DNA from: an uncultured delta proteobacterium
Lineage (GTDB): Bacteria > Desulfobacterota > Binatia > UBA9968
Reading direction: 5' to 3'
Assembly: GCA_963771465.1 (NCBI GenBank)
Contig: CAVYTU010000014.1
Location: 352,001-416,000, forward strand
Length of the DNA: 64,000 nt
The notes below the pieces were generated by a model. It was not told the DNA's origin. It worked only from the letters and a program-made list of their open reading frames with translations, and did no database searches. How positions within the stretch are numbered: position 1 is the stretch's first letter; each line of letters starts with the position of its first letter. A program made the translations under genes and the position numbers. Below, piece after piece: positions 50,123 through 58,534 of this stretch.

Positions 50123-52786
50123 ATGGAACCCCAAGCCGACCTCATCCGCAGCATTCCGATCTTCTCCGCACTGTCGCGCGAGGATGTCGCCAAGGTGCTG
50201 GGTAAGATGGAAGAGATTACTTTTAGCACCGGCGCGACGATTTTTAGTCAGGGCGATCACGGCGACGCCTTTTACTTGATTCAATCCGGCGCGGTGCAAG
50301 TGGTCGTCGAAAGCGGCGCGGGCAACGCCGAGGTCGTCGCCATTCTCGGCGCCAAGGATTGGTTTGGCGAGATGGCACTGCTTTCCGGCGAGCCCCGTTC
50401 GGCGACCATTAACACGGTGAAAGAAACCACACTGTGGCGGCTCAGCCGCGAAGCTTGGGATGAACTGATCGATAAACATCCCACTTGGCTGCTCCAGTTC
50501 TGCGCGACCCTTAGCAAACGGCTCTCCTACGTCGACCGGCAATATTCAACCGGACGGGAAGCTTTTAATTCTCTCGCCGAGGAGTTTTACGGCTCGCGCA
50601 CGCCCGGCGAACGGCAATTTTTCCGCCACGCCTCACTGCTCGGCGCCATCGATGCGCAGAATTTCGATCGACTCTTTCGCACCGACGGGCTGACTCAATT
50701 GATTACCGATCTTGGCAATAGTCAGTTTCCGCTGATTCGCCATCTCGGTGACGGCAAGTACGAGCTGCATAGCTTCTTTAAGGATTTCTTGCGCGAAAAA
50801 CTAAATTCCATCGACGGCGCCGAAGCGATGCAGCGGCTCCATGCCGATTTTGCCGAGCGCTACGAAGCTCTCGGCGATTGGCCGCAAGCGTTGCATCACG
50901 CCGTGCACGGCCAAGATTGGTCGACCGTGACCCGTCAATTGACCGCGCAAGGTGAGCACCTGCTTGCCGACGCGCCGCTGTTGGTAAAGAACACGCTGGA
51001 GAGCGTTCCCCAAGAGCAACTCTTGAGCAGCCCCCGCTTGGTCAACTTGAAAAGCAACGTCTTGATCCAGCTCGGCGATATCGCCGGCGCCTATCGAACC
51101 TATCATCAGTTGTTGACGCAAAAGACCGCGGGAGCAATGGGCATGGATACCATTGTCGGCTATCGGCGCATGGCGGAAACTTTGGCGCAGCGAAAAGAAT
51201 ACGCCCAAGCCATCCATCAATTACGCGCCGCACTCAACGTGTTGGACCAAGATAACGCCATGACAGGAGATTTCTCTGAAGTTCCAACGGATATACCGCG
51301 GCTGCAGCCGACGGATGCGACGGCGCATGAGCAGCAGCGCGCCGACCGATCGGCCAACCGTTTGCGAACAACCATCGCTGCGCTGCGCTCGTCGGCGCTG
51401 TCAAAATGGTTCGGCGCGCTGGCCGGACTCGCGGCAGGCAGTTATCTCTGGTTCGGACAGCCCGACATCGGCCTCGATACGGCGGCGACGAAATTGCTCG
51501 GATTGATTACGGCAACCTTAACTTTTTGGGTCTTTCGTTCGCTGCCGGATTACGGCGTCGCGTTGATGTTCGCGATGATCATTGTCCTTACCAATTTGGA
51601 ATCGGCGCAAACGGTCATGGGCGGGTTCGCCAGCACGACATGGTTTATGACGCTTGGTGTCTTGGGCCTCGGTGCGGCAATCACCGGCTCGGGTTTATTT
51701 TACCGGTTGTCACTCCACTTGGTGCGCCTGTTTCCGCTGAGCTTTTACTGGCAGATCATCGCCACGGGTATCATGGGTGTCGTCGTCATGGCACTGATTC
51801 CGCAGCAGACCGCCCGCACGGTCATCACCAGCCAGATGCTGATTAATCTTTCCGAGAGCTTGGGTTACAAGACGCCGTCAAAGGCGTCCACCGGGCTATT
51901 CACGGCGAGTTTTCTCGGCTTGGGGCAGCTCGGTTTTTTGTTTCTGACCGGCTCGACGACGAGCTTGATCGCTTGGGGTCTGCTGCCGACAGATGTGCGG
52001 GAGCAGTTTACCTGGGGCTATTGGTTTCTCGCCGCGCTGCCGCCGACGCTGGTGGTCATCGTTATCATCCTAGGGAGCTCGATCATTCTCTTTCGGCCCG
52101 AATCGCAACCGAAGATTTCCTACACCATGGTGCAGACGCAATTAGAAATTTTGGGGCCGCTCTCGTCTAAAGAATGGATTAGCCTCGCGGTCCTTTGTTT
52201 CACGGTGGGTGGCTGGCTCACGACAGCGCATCACGGCATCGACAGCGCCTGGATCGCCATCATCGCGTTTTCGGTTTTGGTCAACACCGGCATTCTTGAC
52301 TGGAGTATGATGCGCAAGGGCATCGACTGGGAATTACTAATTCACATGGGCGTGACTCTAAGCATCCCGACGCTGTTGAAAGCGGCAAAGATCGATCAGT
52401 GGCTGGTCGACGTGATTTCACCGTTGATTCTGCCGTTCATGGACACCCCGGCATGGTTTTTCATCATCATCGCGCTGTTGACCTATGCGCTGAAATTAGT
52501 TTTCACCAGCTTCCTGGCCGTGGTCACGCTCTGCGTCGCGTTGCTGCCGTTGTCGATCGACGTTGGTATGAATCCATGGATTATCGCCATGATCATTCTC
52601 ATCGCCTCGGAAGTTTGGTTTTTTCCCTACCAGGTCGACTGGCACATGCTCGCCTACTCCACCACCGACGGCAAAGGATTTTTTTACCCGCTCATGTGCC
52701 GGGTAAATCCCATTTATGCCGTAGCCTACATCGCCGCGCTCGTTGCCGCGATTCCATACTGGCGTTATCTCGGTTTGATGAATTGA
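50123..52786 (+). CDS. Fusion: cNMP-binding domain, MalT-like winged-helix/TPR region, SLC13/DASS transporter
   Basis: IFSQGDHGDAFYLIQSG, FGEMALLSGEPRSA; YELHSFFKDFL..LHADFA..ALHHA; C-terminal multi-TM with LIPQQTAR, FLTGSTTSL, FTWGYWF, IDWELL, FFPYQ. Confidence 0.85.
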   Translation: MEPQADLIRSIPIFSALSREDVAKVLGKMEEITFSTGATIFSQGDHGDAFYLIQSGAVQVVVESGAGNAEVVAILGAKDWFGEMALLSGEPRSATINTVKETTLWRLSREAWDELIDKHPTWLLQFCATLSKRLSYVDRQYSTGREAFNSLAEEFYGSRTPGERQFFRHASLLGAIDAQNFDRLFRTDGLTQLITDLGNSQFPLIRHLGDGKYELHSFFKDFLREKLNSIDGAEAMQRLHADFAERYEALGDWPQALHHAVHGQDWSTVTRQLTAQGEHLLADAPLLVKNTLESVPQEQLLSSPRLVNLKSNVLIQLGDIAGAYRTYHQLLTQKTAGAMGMDTIVGYRRMAETLAQRKEYAQAIHQLRAALNVLDQDNAMTGDFSEVPTDIPRLQPTDATAHEQQRADRSANRLRTTIAALRSSALSKWFGALAGLAAGSYLWFGQPDIGLDTAATKLLGLITATLTFWVFRSLPDYGVALMFAMIIVLTNLESAQTVMGGFASTTWFMTLGVLGLGAAITGSGLFYRLSLHLVRLFPLSFYWQIIATGIMGVVVMALIPQQTARTVITSQMLINLSESLGYKTPSKASTGLFTASFLGLGQLGFLFLTGSTTSLIAWGLLPTDVREQFTWGYWFLAALPPTLVVIVIILGSSIILFRPESQPKISYTMVQTQLEILGPLSSKEWISLAVLCFTVGGWLTTAHHGIDSAWIAIIAFSVLVNTGILDWSMMRKGIDWELLIHMGVTLSIPTLLKAAKIDQWLVDVISPLILPFMDTPAWFFIIIALLTYALKLVFTSFLAVVTLCVALLPLSIDVGMNPWIIAMIILIASEVWFFPYQVDWHMLAYSTTDGKGFFYPLMCRVNPIYAVAYIAALVAAIPYWRYLGLMN

Positions 52787-53063
52787 CAACCGTTCGCTGC
52801 GTTCTCGGCGATCTCGTCCGAATCTCGTTATCAACCCTTGTCATAATCGTGACGACAGTTGCAGACCGCAGCAATCCCGTCGTCCGTGCGATTTTCAGTG
52901 GGAAAATTCACTGGGCACGGAGAAATTCAAGCGCATCCAGATCATCAACACCACCTCGTCGTCAATTTTAGAGAACTGAGCAGTAATAAAACGTCCTGAT
53001 AAATGGTCTTTGCGTTTGTTATCCCTACAACTCTTTGCTTGAGCTTCGATTCAACCTATTGAG

Positions 53064-53084
53064 TTTTACTTAGCGTGAGTAAAA
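53064..53084. promoter_or_regulatory. Palindromic putative operator TTTTACT-N7-AGTAAAA
   Basis: Perfect 7-bp inverted repeat 25 bp upstream of TTGACA; related TTTACT-N8-AGTAAA at 53200-53219. Confidence 0.45.
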
Positions 53085-53109
53085 TAATTTCTAAAATGAT
53101 ATTTTTTTC

Positions 53110-53139
53110 TTGACATACCATTTGTTGTGCCTTAATAAT
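53110..53139 (+). promoter_or_regulatory. Sigma70 promoter
   Basis: TTGACA 53110-53115, TAATAAT 53133-53139 (17-18 bp spacer), AT-rich UP-like tract upstream. Confidence 0.7.
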
Positions 53140-53254
53140 CGATCCAGCTACAAAATATGGGAGGGTTCCAGAAGTAAATCGTCTCCGCCTGAGTCATACT
53201 TTACTGCCTGTCAAGTAAAAGCCCGCCCGTGGAATTTTAAAAGGAGGTGCTCTT

Positions 53255-53302
53255 ATGGCTGCTAAGAAAAAAGCCAAGAAGAAAGCCAAAAAGAAAAAGT
53301 AA
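53255..53302 (+). CDS. 15-aa Lys/Ala microprotein MAAKKKAKKKAKKKK
   Basis: AAGGAGGT SD at 53241-53248, ATG 53255, TAA 53300-53302; own promoter and terminator; below the ORF-track cutoff. Confidence 0.75.
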   Translation: MAAKKKAKKKAKKKK

Positions 53303-53385
53303 CTATCTACTAGATGTGGGGTTGTGGTGGTGTTTTAAACCCTCCTTACTCTCAGGCGACAAGGTAACTGTTCTGGTTGCCTAAT

Positions 53386-53428
53386 ACACAGAGCCCTTCA
53401 AGCGTCAGCTTGAAGGGCTCTGTGTTTC
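53386..53428 (+). terminator. Intrinsic terminator-like hairpin
   Basis: Perfect 18-bp stem acacagagcccttcaagc / gcttgaagggctctgtgt, loop gtca, short T tail. Confidence 0.8.
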
Positions 53429-53563
53429 TGCCGCGTCCGCTTCACTTTTGAGTCATTGACTTCGCTGCACTTTCGCTCCTGACGCAACATCCGTTCAGTG
53501 TCCAGCTGTGGGTGAGCGCTCGGGTCGGCTCGGGAAGACTTAGTATTGCGTCGCTCCAATCAA

Positions 53564-54145
53564 ATGGTTAGAGTTATTGCCGTGAATGTATTGTTTCACC
53601 GTCACTCGCTGGCGTTGATTCTGGTGACCTTGAGCGTGGTATCGCTGAAGCCGGCGCCGGCGTTGACGCAGTCGAAGGTTGATTACAAAGCCGTACCGAT
53701 TCTTCAGGCGATGAAAGAAGTCGCTCCGACACCGGAGATCAATCTCGCCACGCCGGACGGTAAAAAACTTTCGCTCAAGGATTTCCGCGGTAAGATCGTC
53801 CTGCTCAACTTCTGGGCGAGCTGGTGCGTGCCCTGTCGCGAAGAAATGCCGGCGATGGAAAAACTCTATCAGGAATTTAAAGACAAAAACTTCGTTATCC
53901 TCGCGGTGGCCGTCAAAGACCGCAAACAAGATGCCGTCGACTTCGCTAAAGAGCTCAAGATCACCTACCCGATCGCTCTCGATCCTGACGCAAAAGTCGG
54001 TCAGGAGTACGGTGCCTGGGGACTGCCCGCTACCTACATCATCGGTCCCAAGGGCGAAGGCCTTGCTCGCGGTTGGGGGCCGGCCGAATGGTACGGCAAC
54101 GGTGCGAGAAAATTGATCAGAGATCTGGTCGACGGTAAACGATGA
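53564..54145 (+). CDS. TlpA/ResA-like thiol-disulfide oxidoreductase
   Basis: LLNFWASWCVPCREEMP, GLPATYII; start uncertain. Confidence 0.9.
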   Translation: MVRVIAVNVLFHRHSLALILVTLSVVSLKPAPALTQSKVDYKAVPILQAMKEVAPTPEINLATPDGKKLSLKDFRGKIVLLNFWASWCVPCREEMPAMEKLYQEFKDKNFVILAVAVKDRKQDAVDFAKELKITYPIALDPDAKVGQEYGAWGLPATYIIGPKGEGLARGWGPAEWYGNGARKLIRDLVDGKR

Positions 54146-54879
54146 CCGATGTAAACGTATTCGTTGCCTTTGCCGCCGGTATTTTTTCCTTTCTTTCTCC
54201 CTGCGTCTTGCCGCTGATTCCCTCCTATCTATCATTCGTTTCGGGGGTTTCCCTCGAAGAGATGCGTAGCGATCAGGCGCGAACGCAAGTGCGTGGCCGC
54301 GTCGTGCTAAATTCGCTGGCATTTATCTTGGGATTTTCCCTTGTCTTCGTTTCCCTCGGTGCCTCGGCGAGCTTTCTCGGCAGCCTCTTTTTAAGTTATC
54401 GAAATATCATTCGCATCGGCGGCGGCATTTTCATACTCCTTGTCGGCCTTTACCTCGTGGGCGCCTTTAAGATCGCCGCGCTCGATCAGTATCTCCAGTT
54501 CAATCTCAAGGATAAGCCCGCCGGCTATCTCGGCTCCGTCTTAGTCGGCATCACGTTCGCTGTCGCGTGGACTCCCTGCGTTGGACCGATCCTCGGCGCG
54601 ACTTTAGCGCTGGCCAGCACCGCTGGCGAAGTCGGCCGCGGCACGTTTTTGCTCATGAGCTATGCCGCGGGCCTCGCTCTGCCGTTTTTCTTGAGCGCGC
54701 TGGCGATTAATTCGTTTGTGCAATTCTCGCAAAGCCTACGCGGTTATATTCAAGCCATTCACGTCATCGGCGGTGCGCTCCTGATCATCGTCGGCGTCTT
54801 ACTGATTACCGACTACATGACCTTCCTGAATATCTACGTGCTGCGCTTCACGCCCAATTGGTTGCTGCAGAAGCTTTAA
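54142..54879 (+). CDS. ccdA: Cytochrome c biogenesis protein CcdA
   Basis: SFLSPCVLPLIPSYLS and AWTPCVGPIL. Confidence 0.93.
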   Translation: MTDVNVFVAFAAGIFSFLSPCVLPLIPSYLSFVSGVSLEEMRSDQARTQVRGRVVLNSLAFILGFSLVFVSLGASASFLGSLFLSYRNIIRIGGGIFILLVGLYLVGAFKIAALDQYLQFNLKDKPAGYLGSVLVGITFAVAWTPCVGPILGATLALASTAGEVGRGTFLLMSYAAGLALPFFLSALAINSFVQFSQSLRGYIQAIHVIGGALLIIVGVLLITDYMTFLNIYVLRFTPNWLLQKL

Positions 54880-54975
54880 CCGACCTGGTTTGACCGTCCT
54901 GTGGCTAAATGTTAGTTTTCTAAAACTTTGTTGCCGTCGCGCGAGCTGCGTTGTTGGCCGATTGATGGAGCATTG

Positions 54976-55524
54976 ATGGAAGAACAGATCCGGCAAATAC
55001 TGAAGGCTATCGGTGAAGATCCCGAACGCGAGGGACTGCTAAAAACTCCTTCTCGAGTCGCTCAATCCCTGACCTTTTTAACCCGCGGCTACGATATGGA
55101 CCCGGCGAAAGTCATCAACGATGCGCTGTTTACTGAAGACTACGAAGAAATGATCGTCCAGAGAGACATCGATTTTTATTCGCTTTGCGAACACCATCTG
55201 CTGCCTTTTTTCGGCAAGGCCCATGTCGCTTATATTCCGCATCACAAGATTGTCGGCATCTCAAAACTCGCCCGCCTCGTCGACGTCTTCGCGCGCCGCC
55301 TGCAAGTGCAGGAGCGCATGACCAATCAGATCGCGACCACGATCATGGAAAAACTTGACGCCCTTGGCGTCGCCGTGGTCTTGGAAGCCGAGCATCTATG
55401 CATGCGCATGCGCGGCGTCGAAAAACAAAATTCGTATGTCATCACCAGCAGTTTGCTCGGCGCATTTCGCACTCGCACCGAGACTCGAAATGAATTCATG
55501 AACTTGATCCGGCGCAAAGACTGA
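54976..55524 (+). CDS. folE: GTP cyclohydrolase I
   Basis: [39 protein letters not shown]. Confidence 0.97.
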   Translation: MEEQIRQILKAIGEDPEREGLLKTPSRVAQSLTFLTRGYDMDPAKVINDALFTEDYEEMIVQRDIDFYSLCEHHLLPFFGKAHVAYIPHHKIVGISKLARLVDVFARRLQVQERMTNQIATTIMEKLDALGVAVVLEAEHLCMRMRGVEKQNSYVITSSLLGAFRTRTETRNEFMNLIRRKD

Positions 55525-55544
55525 CCAGGCAGAGCAAGATAACC

Positions 55545-57020
55545 ATGAATGCCAGCTTTCGTGACACCAACGTCGAGCGCATCAAGAGCGACCTGCTGGT
55601 GCTCCCCGTGCGGGAAAAGAAAATGGATGATCCGGCGCTGCGAGCTTTGGACCGCCGACTCAAAGGCCATCTGCGCGGACGCATCGAGCAAAGTAAGTTC
55701 ACCGGCGCCGAAGGCGCAACGCTGCTGATGGCCACGCTGGGAATGCTCCCCGCGGCACAAATTTTATTGATCGGCGTTGGCGCCGCGGACATGACCTGCG
55801 ATATCTGGCGCAAAACTGGCGCGCGGGCGCGCAAGGAAGCCGCCGCGATCGGCGCCGGCGAGATCGCAATCTTGTTCGCGCCGGACAACGATCCTGACAA
55901 CGCCGCGGGCGCGCTGGTCGAAGGCGCACTGCTGGCAAGCTATCAATTCAACAAATACCGCTCGACCTCACGAGCGCCGGCGGAACTGAAAACACTTACC
56001 TTATTTCGCACCGGTCTCAAGAAAACCGCGGCGATGCAAAAATCGGTCGATACCGCGCGAGCGATCATGCCAGCCATCTTTCTCGCCCGCGATCTGGTCA
56101 ACGAGTCGCCTTCCGTCGCCACCGCGCGCTTTCTCGGCGCCCAAGCGAAAGCTCATTGCCGCGGCCGCGGCCTTACGGTGGAAGTGTGGAATAAGAGAAA
56201 AATCGAGGCGATGAAGCTCGCTGGGTTGTTGGCGGTGAACCGCGGCAGCTTGGAAGAACCGCGCTTTATTAGAATTCATTACCAGCCGGCGCGCAAAGCG
56301 AGAAAGAAAGTCGCGCTCATCGGTAAGGGCATCACCTTCGACTCCGGCGGCTTGTCGCTCAAGCCCGCCAAATCGATGGAAACCATGAAGCTCGACATGG
56401 CCGGCGGCGCCGCCGTGATCGCCACCATGAGTTGTCTGCCCAAGCTCGCCCTCGACATCGAGGTCACCGGCTACGTACCGACAACGGATAATCTACCCGG
56501 ACACAACGCGCAAAAGCCGGGCGACGTGATTCGCTATCGCAACGGCAAAACCATTGAAGTGCTGAATACCGACGCTGAAGGCCGTTTGATCCTGGCTGAC
56601 GCGCTGGCGTTAGCCGCCGAGCAGAAACCAGACTATATGGTCAATCTGGCGACCTTGACGGGCGCTTGCATGACCGCGCTGGGCACCCAGGTCGGGGGAA
56701 TTTTCAGTAACAACCAGCCGCTCGCCGACAACCTCATGCGGAGCGGCCAGGAAGCCGGCGAGAAACTCTGGCAGCTGCCGTTGGTCAAGGAATACAAGGA
56801 GCTGATCAAGAGCAGTGTCGCCGATATGAAAAATATCGGCGGCGCTCATGGCGGCGCGATCACCGCGGCGTTGATCCTGCAAGAGTTCGTCGGCGATATT
56901 GCTTGGGCGCATTTGGACATCGCCGGTCCGGCCTTCGCTGAAAGCGACACCGCACTTTGTCCTAAAGGCGGCACCGGTTTCGGCGTCCGCACGCTTAGTA
57001 AATTTCTAACCGCATTGTGA
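55545..57020 (+). CDS. pepA: Leucyl aminopeptidase (M17)
   Basis: GKGITFDSGGLSLK, MKLDMAG, NTDAEGRL, HLDIAG. Confidence 0.95.
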   Translation: MNASFRDTNVERIKSDLLVLPVREKKMDDPALRALDRRLKGHLRGRIEQSKFTGAEGATLLMATLGMLPAAQILLIGVGAADMTCDIWRKTGARARKEAAAIGAGEIAILFAPDNDPDNAAGALVEGALLASYQFNKYRSTSRAPAELKTLTLFRTGLKKTAAMQKSVDTARAIMPAIFLARDLVNESPSVATARFLGAQAKAHCRGRGLTVEVWNKRKIEAMKLAGLLAVNRGSLEEPRFIRIHYQPARKARKKVALIGKGITFDSGGLSLKPAKSMETMKLDMAGGAAVIATMSCLPKLALDIEVTGYVPTTDNLPGHNAQKPGDVIRYRNGKTIEVLNTDAEGRLILADALALAAEQKPDYMVNLATLTGACMTALGTQVGGIFSNNQPLADNLMRSGQEAGEKLWQLPLVKEYKELIKSSVADMKNIGGAHGGAITAALILQEFVGDIAWAHLDIAGPAFAESDTALCPKGGTGFGVRTLSKFLTAL

Positions 57021-57029
57021 GGAGACAAA

Positions 57030-57356
57030 ATGGCCAAGATAACCGAAGTGGGCGATAATAATTTCGAAGCCGAAGTGATCAATTCGGCGGTTCCGGTGCT
57101 AGTGGACTTCTGGGCGCCTTGGTGCGGCCCGTGTAAAGCGATCGCGCCGATCGTCGAAGAGATCGCCGGCGAGTACGATGGCAAATTGAAAGTCACCAAA
57201 CTCAATGTCGATGACCATCCGGCCACGGCATCGCGCTATGGCATCCGTGGCATTCCGAATCTGATCATCCTCAAAGGCGGCGCCGTCAAAGAGCAAATCG
57301 TCGGCGCCGTGCCGAAAGCAAAGTTGGTCGCCGCCATCAACAAAGCCCTGCAGTAA
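57030..57356 (+). CDS. trxA: Thioredoxin
   Basis: DFWAPWCGPCK, 108 aa. Confidence 0.97.
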   Translation: MAKITEVGDNNFEAEVINSAVPVLVDFWAPWCGPCKAIAPIVEEIAGEYDGKLKVTKLNVDDHPATASRYGIRGIPNLIILKGGAVKEQIVGAVPKAKLVAAINKALQ

Positions 57357-57371
57357 ACCATCTGGAGAAAC

Positions 57372-57409
57372 TGGAGTAATGGGTTTCAGAGTCGCACCCC
57401 ATTACTCCA
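57372..57409. terminator. 12-bp inverted repeat between convergent trxA and rodA
   Basis: tggagtaatggg (57372-57383) / cccattactcca (57398-57409). Confidence 0.6.
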
Positions 57410-57430
57410 ACATTCCATCACTGCGTCCCG

Positions 57431-58534
57431 TCAAAAAATATACCGGCGCATACTGACATTCATCATGACGCCGACCGCGAACATCATCGAAGCCAGCGCC
57501 GAGCCGCCATAGCTCACCATCGGCAGCGGCACCCCGACCACCGGCATAACACCGGACACCATGGCGACGTTGATCACCACATGCCAGAAAATAATCGCAA
57601 TCATGCCGAACACCAACAGCGCGCCAAAGCGATCCTTAGCCCGTTGCACCAAGCGGATACAGTAAGCGATCAAGACAAAGTAGAGCAGCAGTAAAACGGC
57701 GCAGCCGACCAATCCCCACTCTTCGGAAAACACCGCGAAGATAAAATCGGTATGCTGCTCCGGCAGAAAATTGAGCCGATTCTGCGTCCCGTGCATGAAC
57801 CCTTTGCCAAAAATCTTGCCCGACCCGATGGCGATCTGCGATTGAATGACATGATAGCCGGCGCCGAGCGGGTCGCGATCGGGATCGAGAAAGGTCAGAA
57901 TGCGGTTGCGCTGATAGTTTTTGAGGAACTGCCAAGCGATCGGCAGAAATGCCAGCCCCGCGGCGACTAGGTAAGCAAACGAACGCAGCCGCAATCCACC
58001 CATCAAGACCATGCTGATGAAAACCACGCCGAGAATAATTGCCGTGCCGAGATCGGGCTGGATCAGCGTCAGAAGCACCAACGGTAGGACCAACGCGAAG
58101 GGCACCCACAGGTCGCGCAGGTAGTAACCTCTGGGCGGCTCGTCGGTTTGAAAATATTTCGCCATCAGCAGCACGATGGCAAGTTTGGCCGGCTCAGACG
58201 GTTGCAGGCGAAAGAAACCGAGATTAATCCAACGCTGCGAGCCGCCGCCGGAATGGCCGATAATGATGACAAGAATCAACAAGATCAGCATGGCGCCATA
58301 AAACGGATAAGCTAGTCTATCGATATAGTGATAGTCGAAACTCATGGCGCCCAACATGGCGATCAATCCAAGTCCCAGCCAAGTCGCCTGGCGCATCGGT
58401 AGCGCGCCGGCGTGACCTTCGGCCATGTCATAGTTGGCGCTGTAAATCGTTACGATGCCGATGGCGACGATCACCAGCGGCAGCAAGAGTAGGGTCCAAT
58501 CGAGATGAGAAATCAGACGCCGGTCAATCTGCAC
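57431..58534 (-). CDS. rodA: Rod shape-determining protein RodA
   Basis: QRWINLGFFRLQPSE, QPDLGTA, GYHVIQSQIAIGSG, LPEQHTDFIF, SYGGS. Confidence 0.96.
   Translation of the reverse strand: MQIDRRLISHLDWTLLLLPLVIVAIGIVTIYSANYDMAEGHAGALPMRQATWLGLGLIAMLGAMSFDYHYIDRLAYPFYGAMLILLILVIIIGHSGGGSQRWINLGFFRLQPSEPAKLAIVLLMAKYFQTDEPPRGYYLRDLWVPFALVLPLVLLTLIQPDLGTAIILGVVFISMVLMGGLRLRSFAYLVAAGLAFLPIAWQFLKNYQRNRILTFLDPDRDPLGAGYHVIQSQIAIGSGKIFGKGFMHGTQNRLNFLPEQHTDFIFAVFSEEWGLVGCAVLLLLYFVLIAYCIRLVQRAKDRFGALLVFGMIAIIFWHVVINVAMVSGVMPVVGVPLPMVSYGGSALASMMFAVGVMMNVSMRRYIF

Noticed and set aside
53145-53385. tmRNA, RNase P, SRP or 6S identity for the structured RNA
   Set aside because: No tRNA-like ends, no GAGGAAAGUCC, no SRP loop; the ORF has its own SD and ATG, unlike a tmRNA tag. 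6S cannot be fully excluded without a covariance-model search
53255-53428. Lysine attenuator leader peptide
   Set aside because: Downstream genes (tlpA, ccdA, folE) are unrelated to lysine, the terminator is over 80 nt past the stop, and no strong antiterminator is evident
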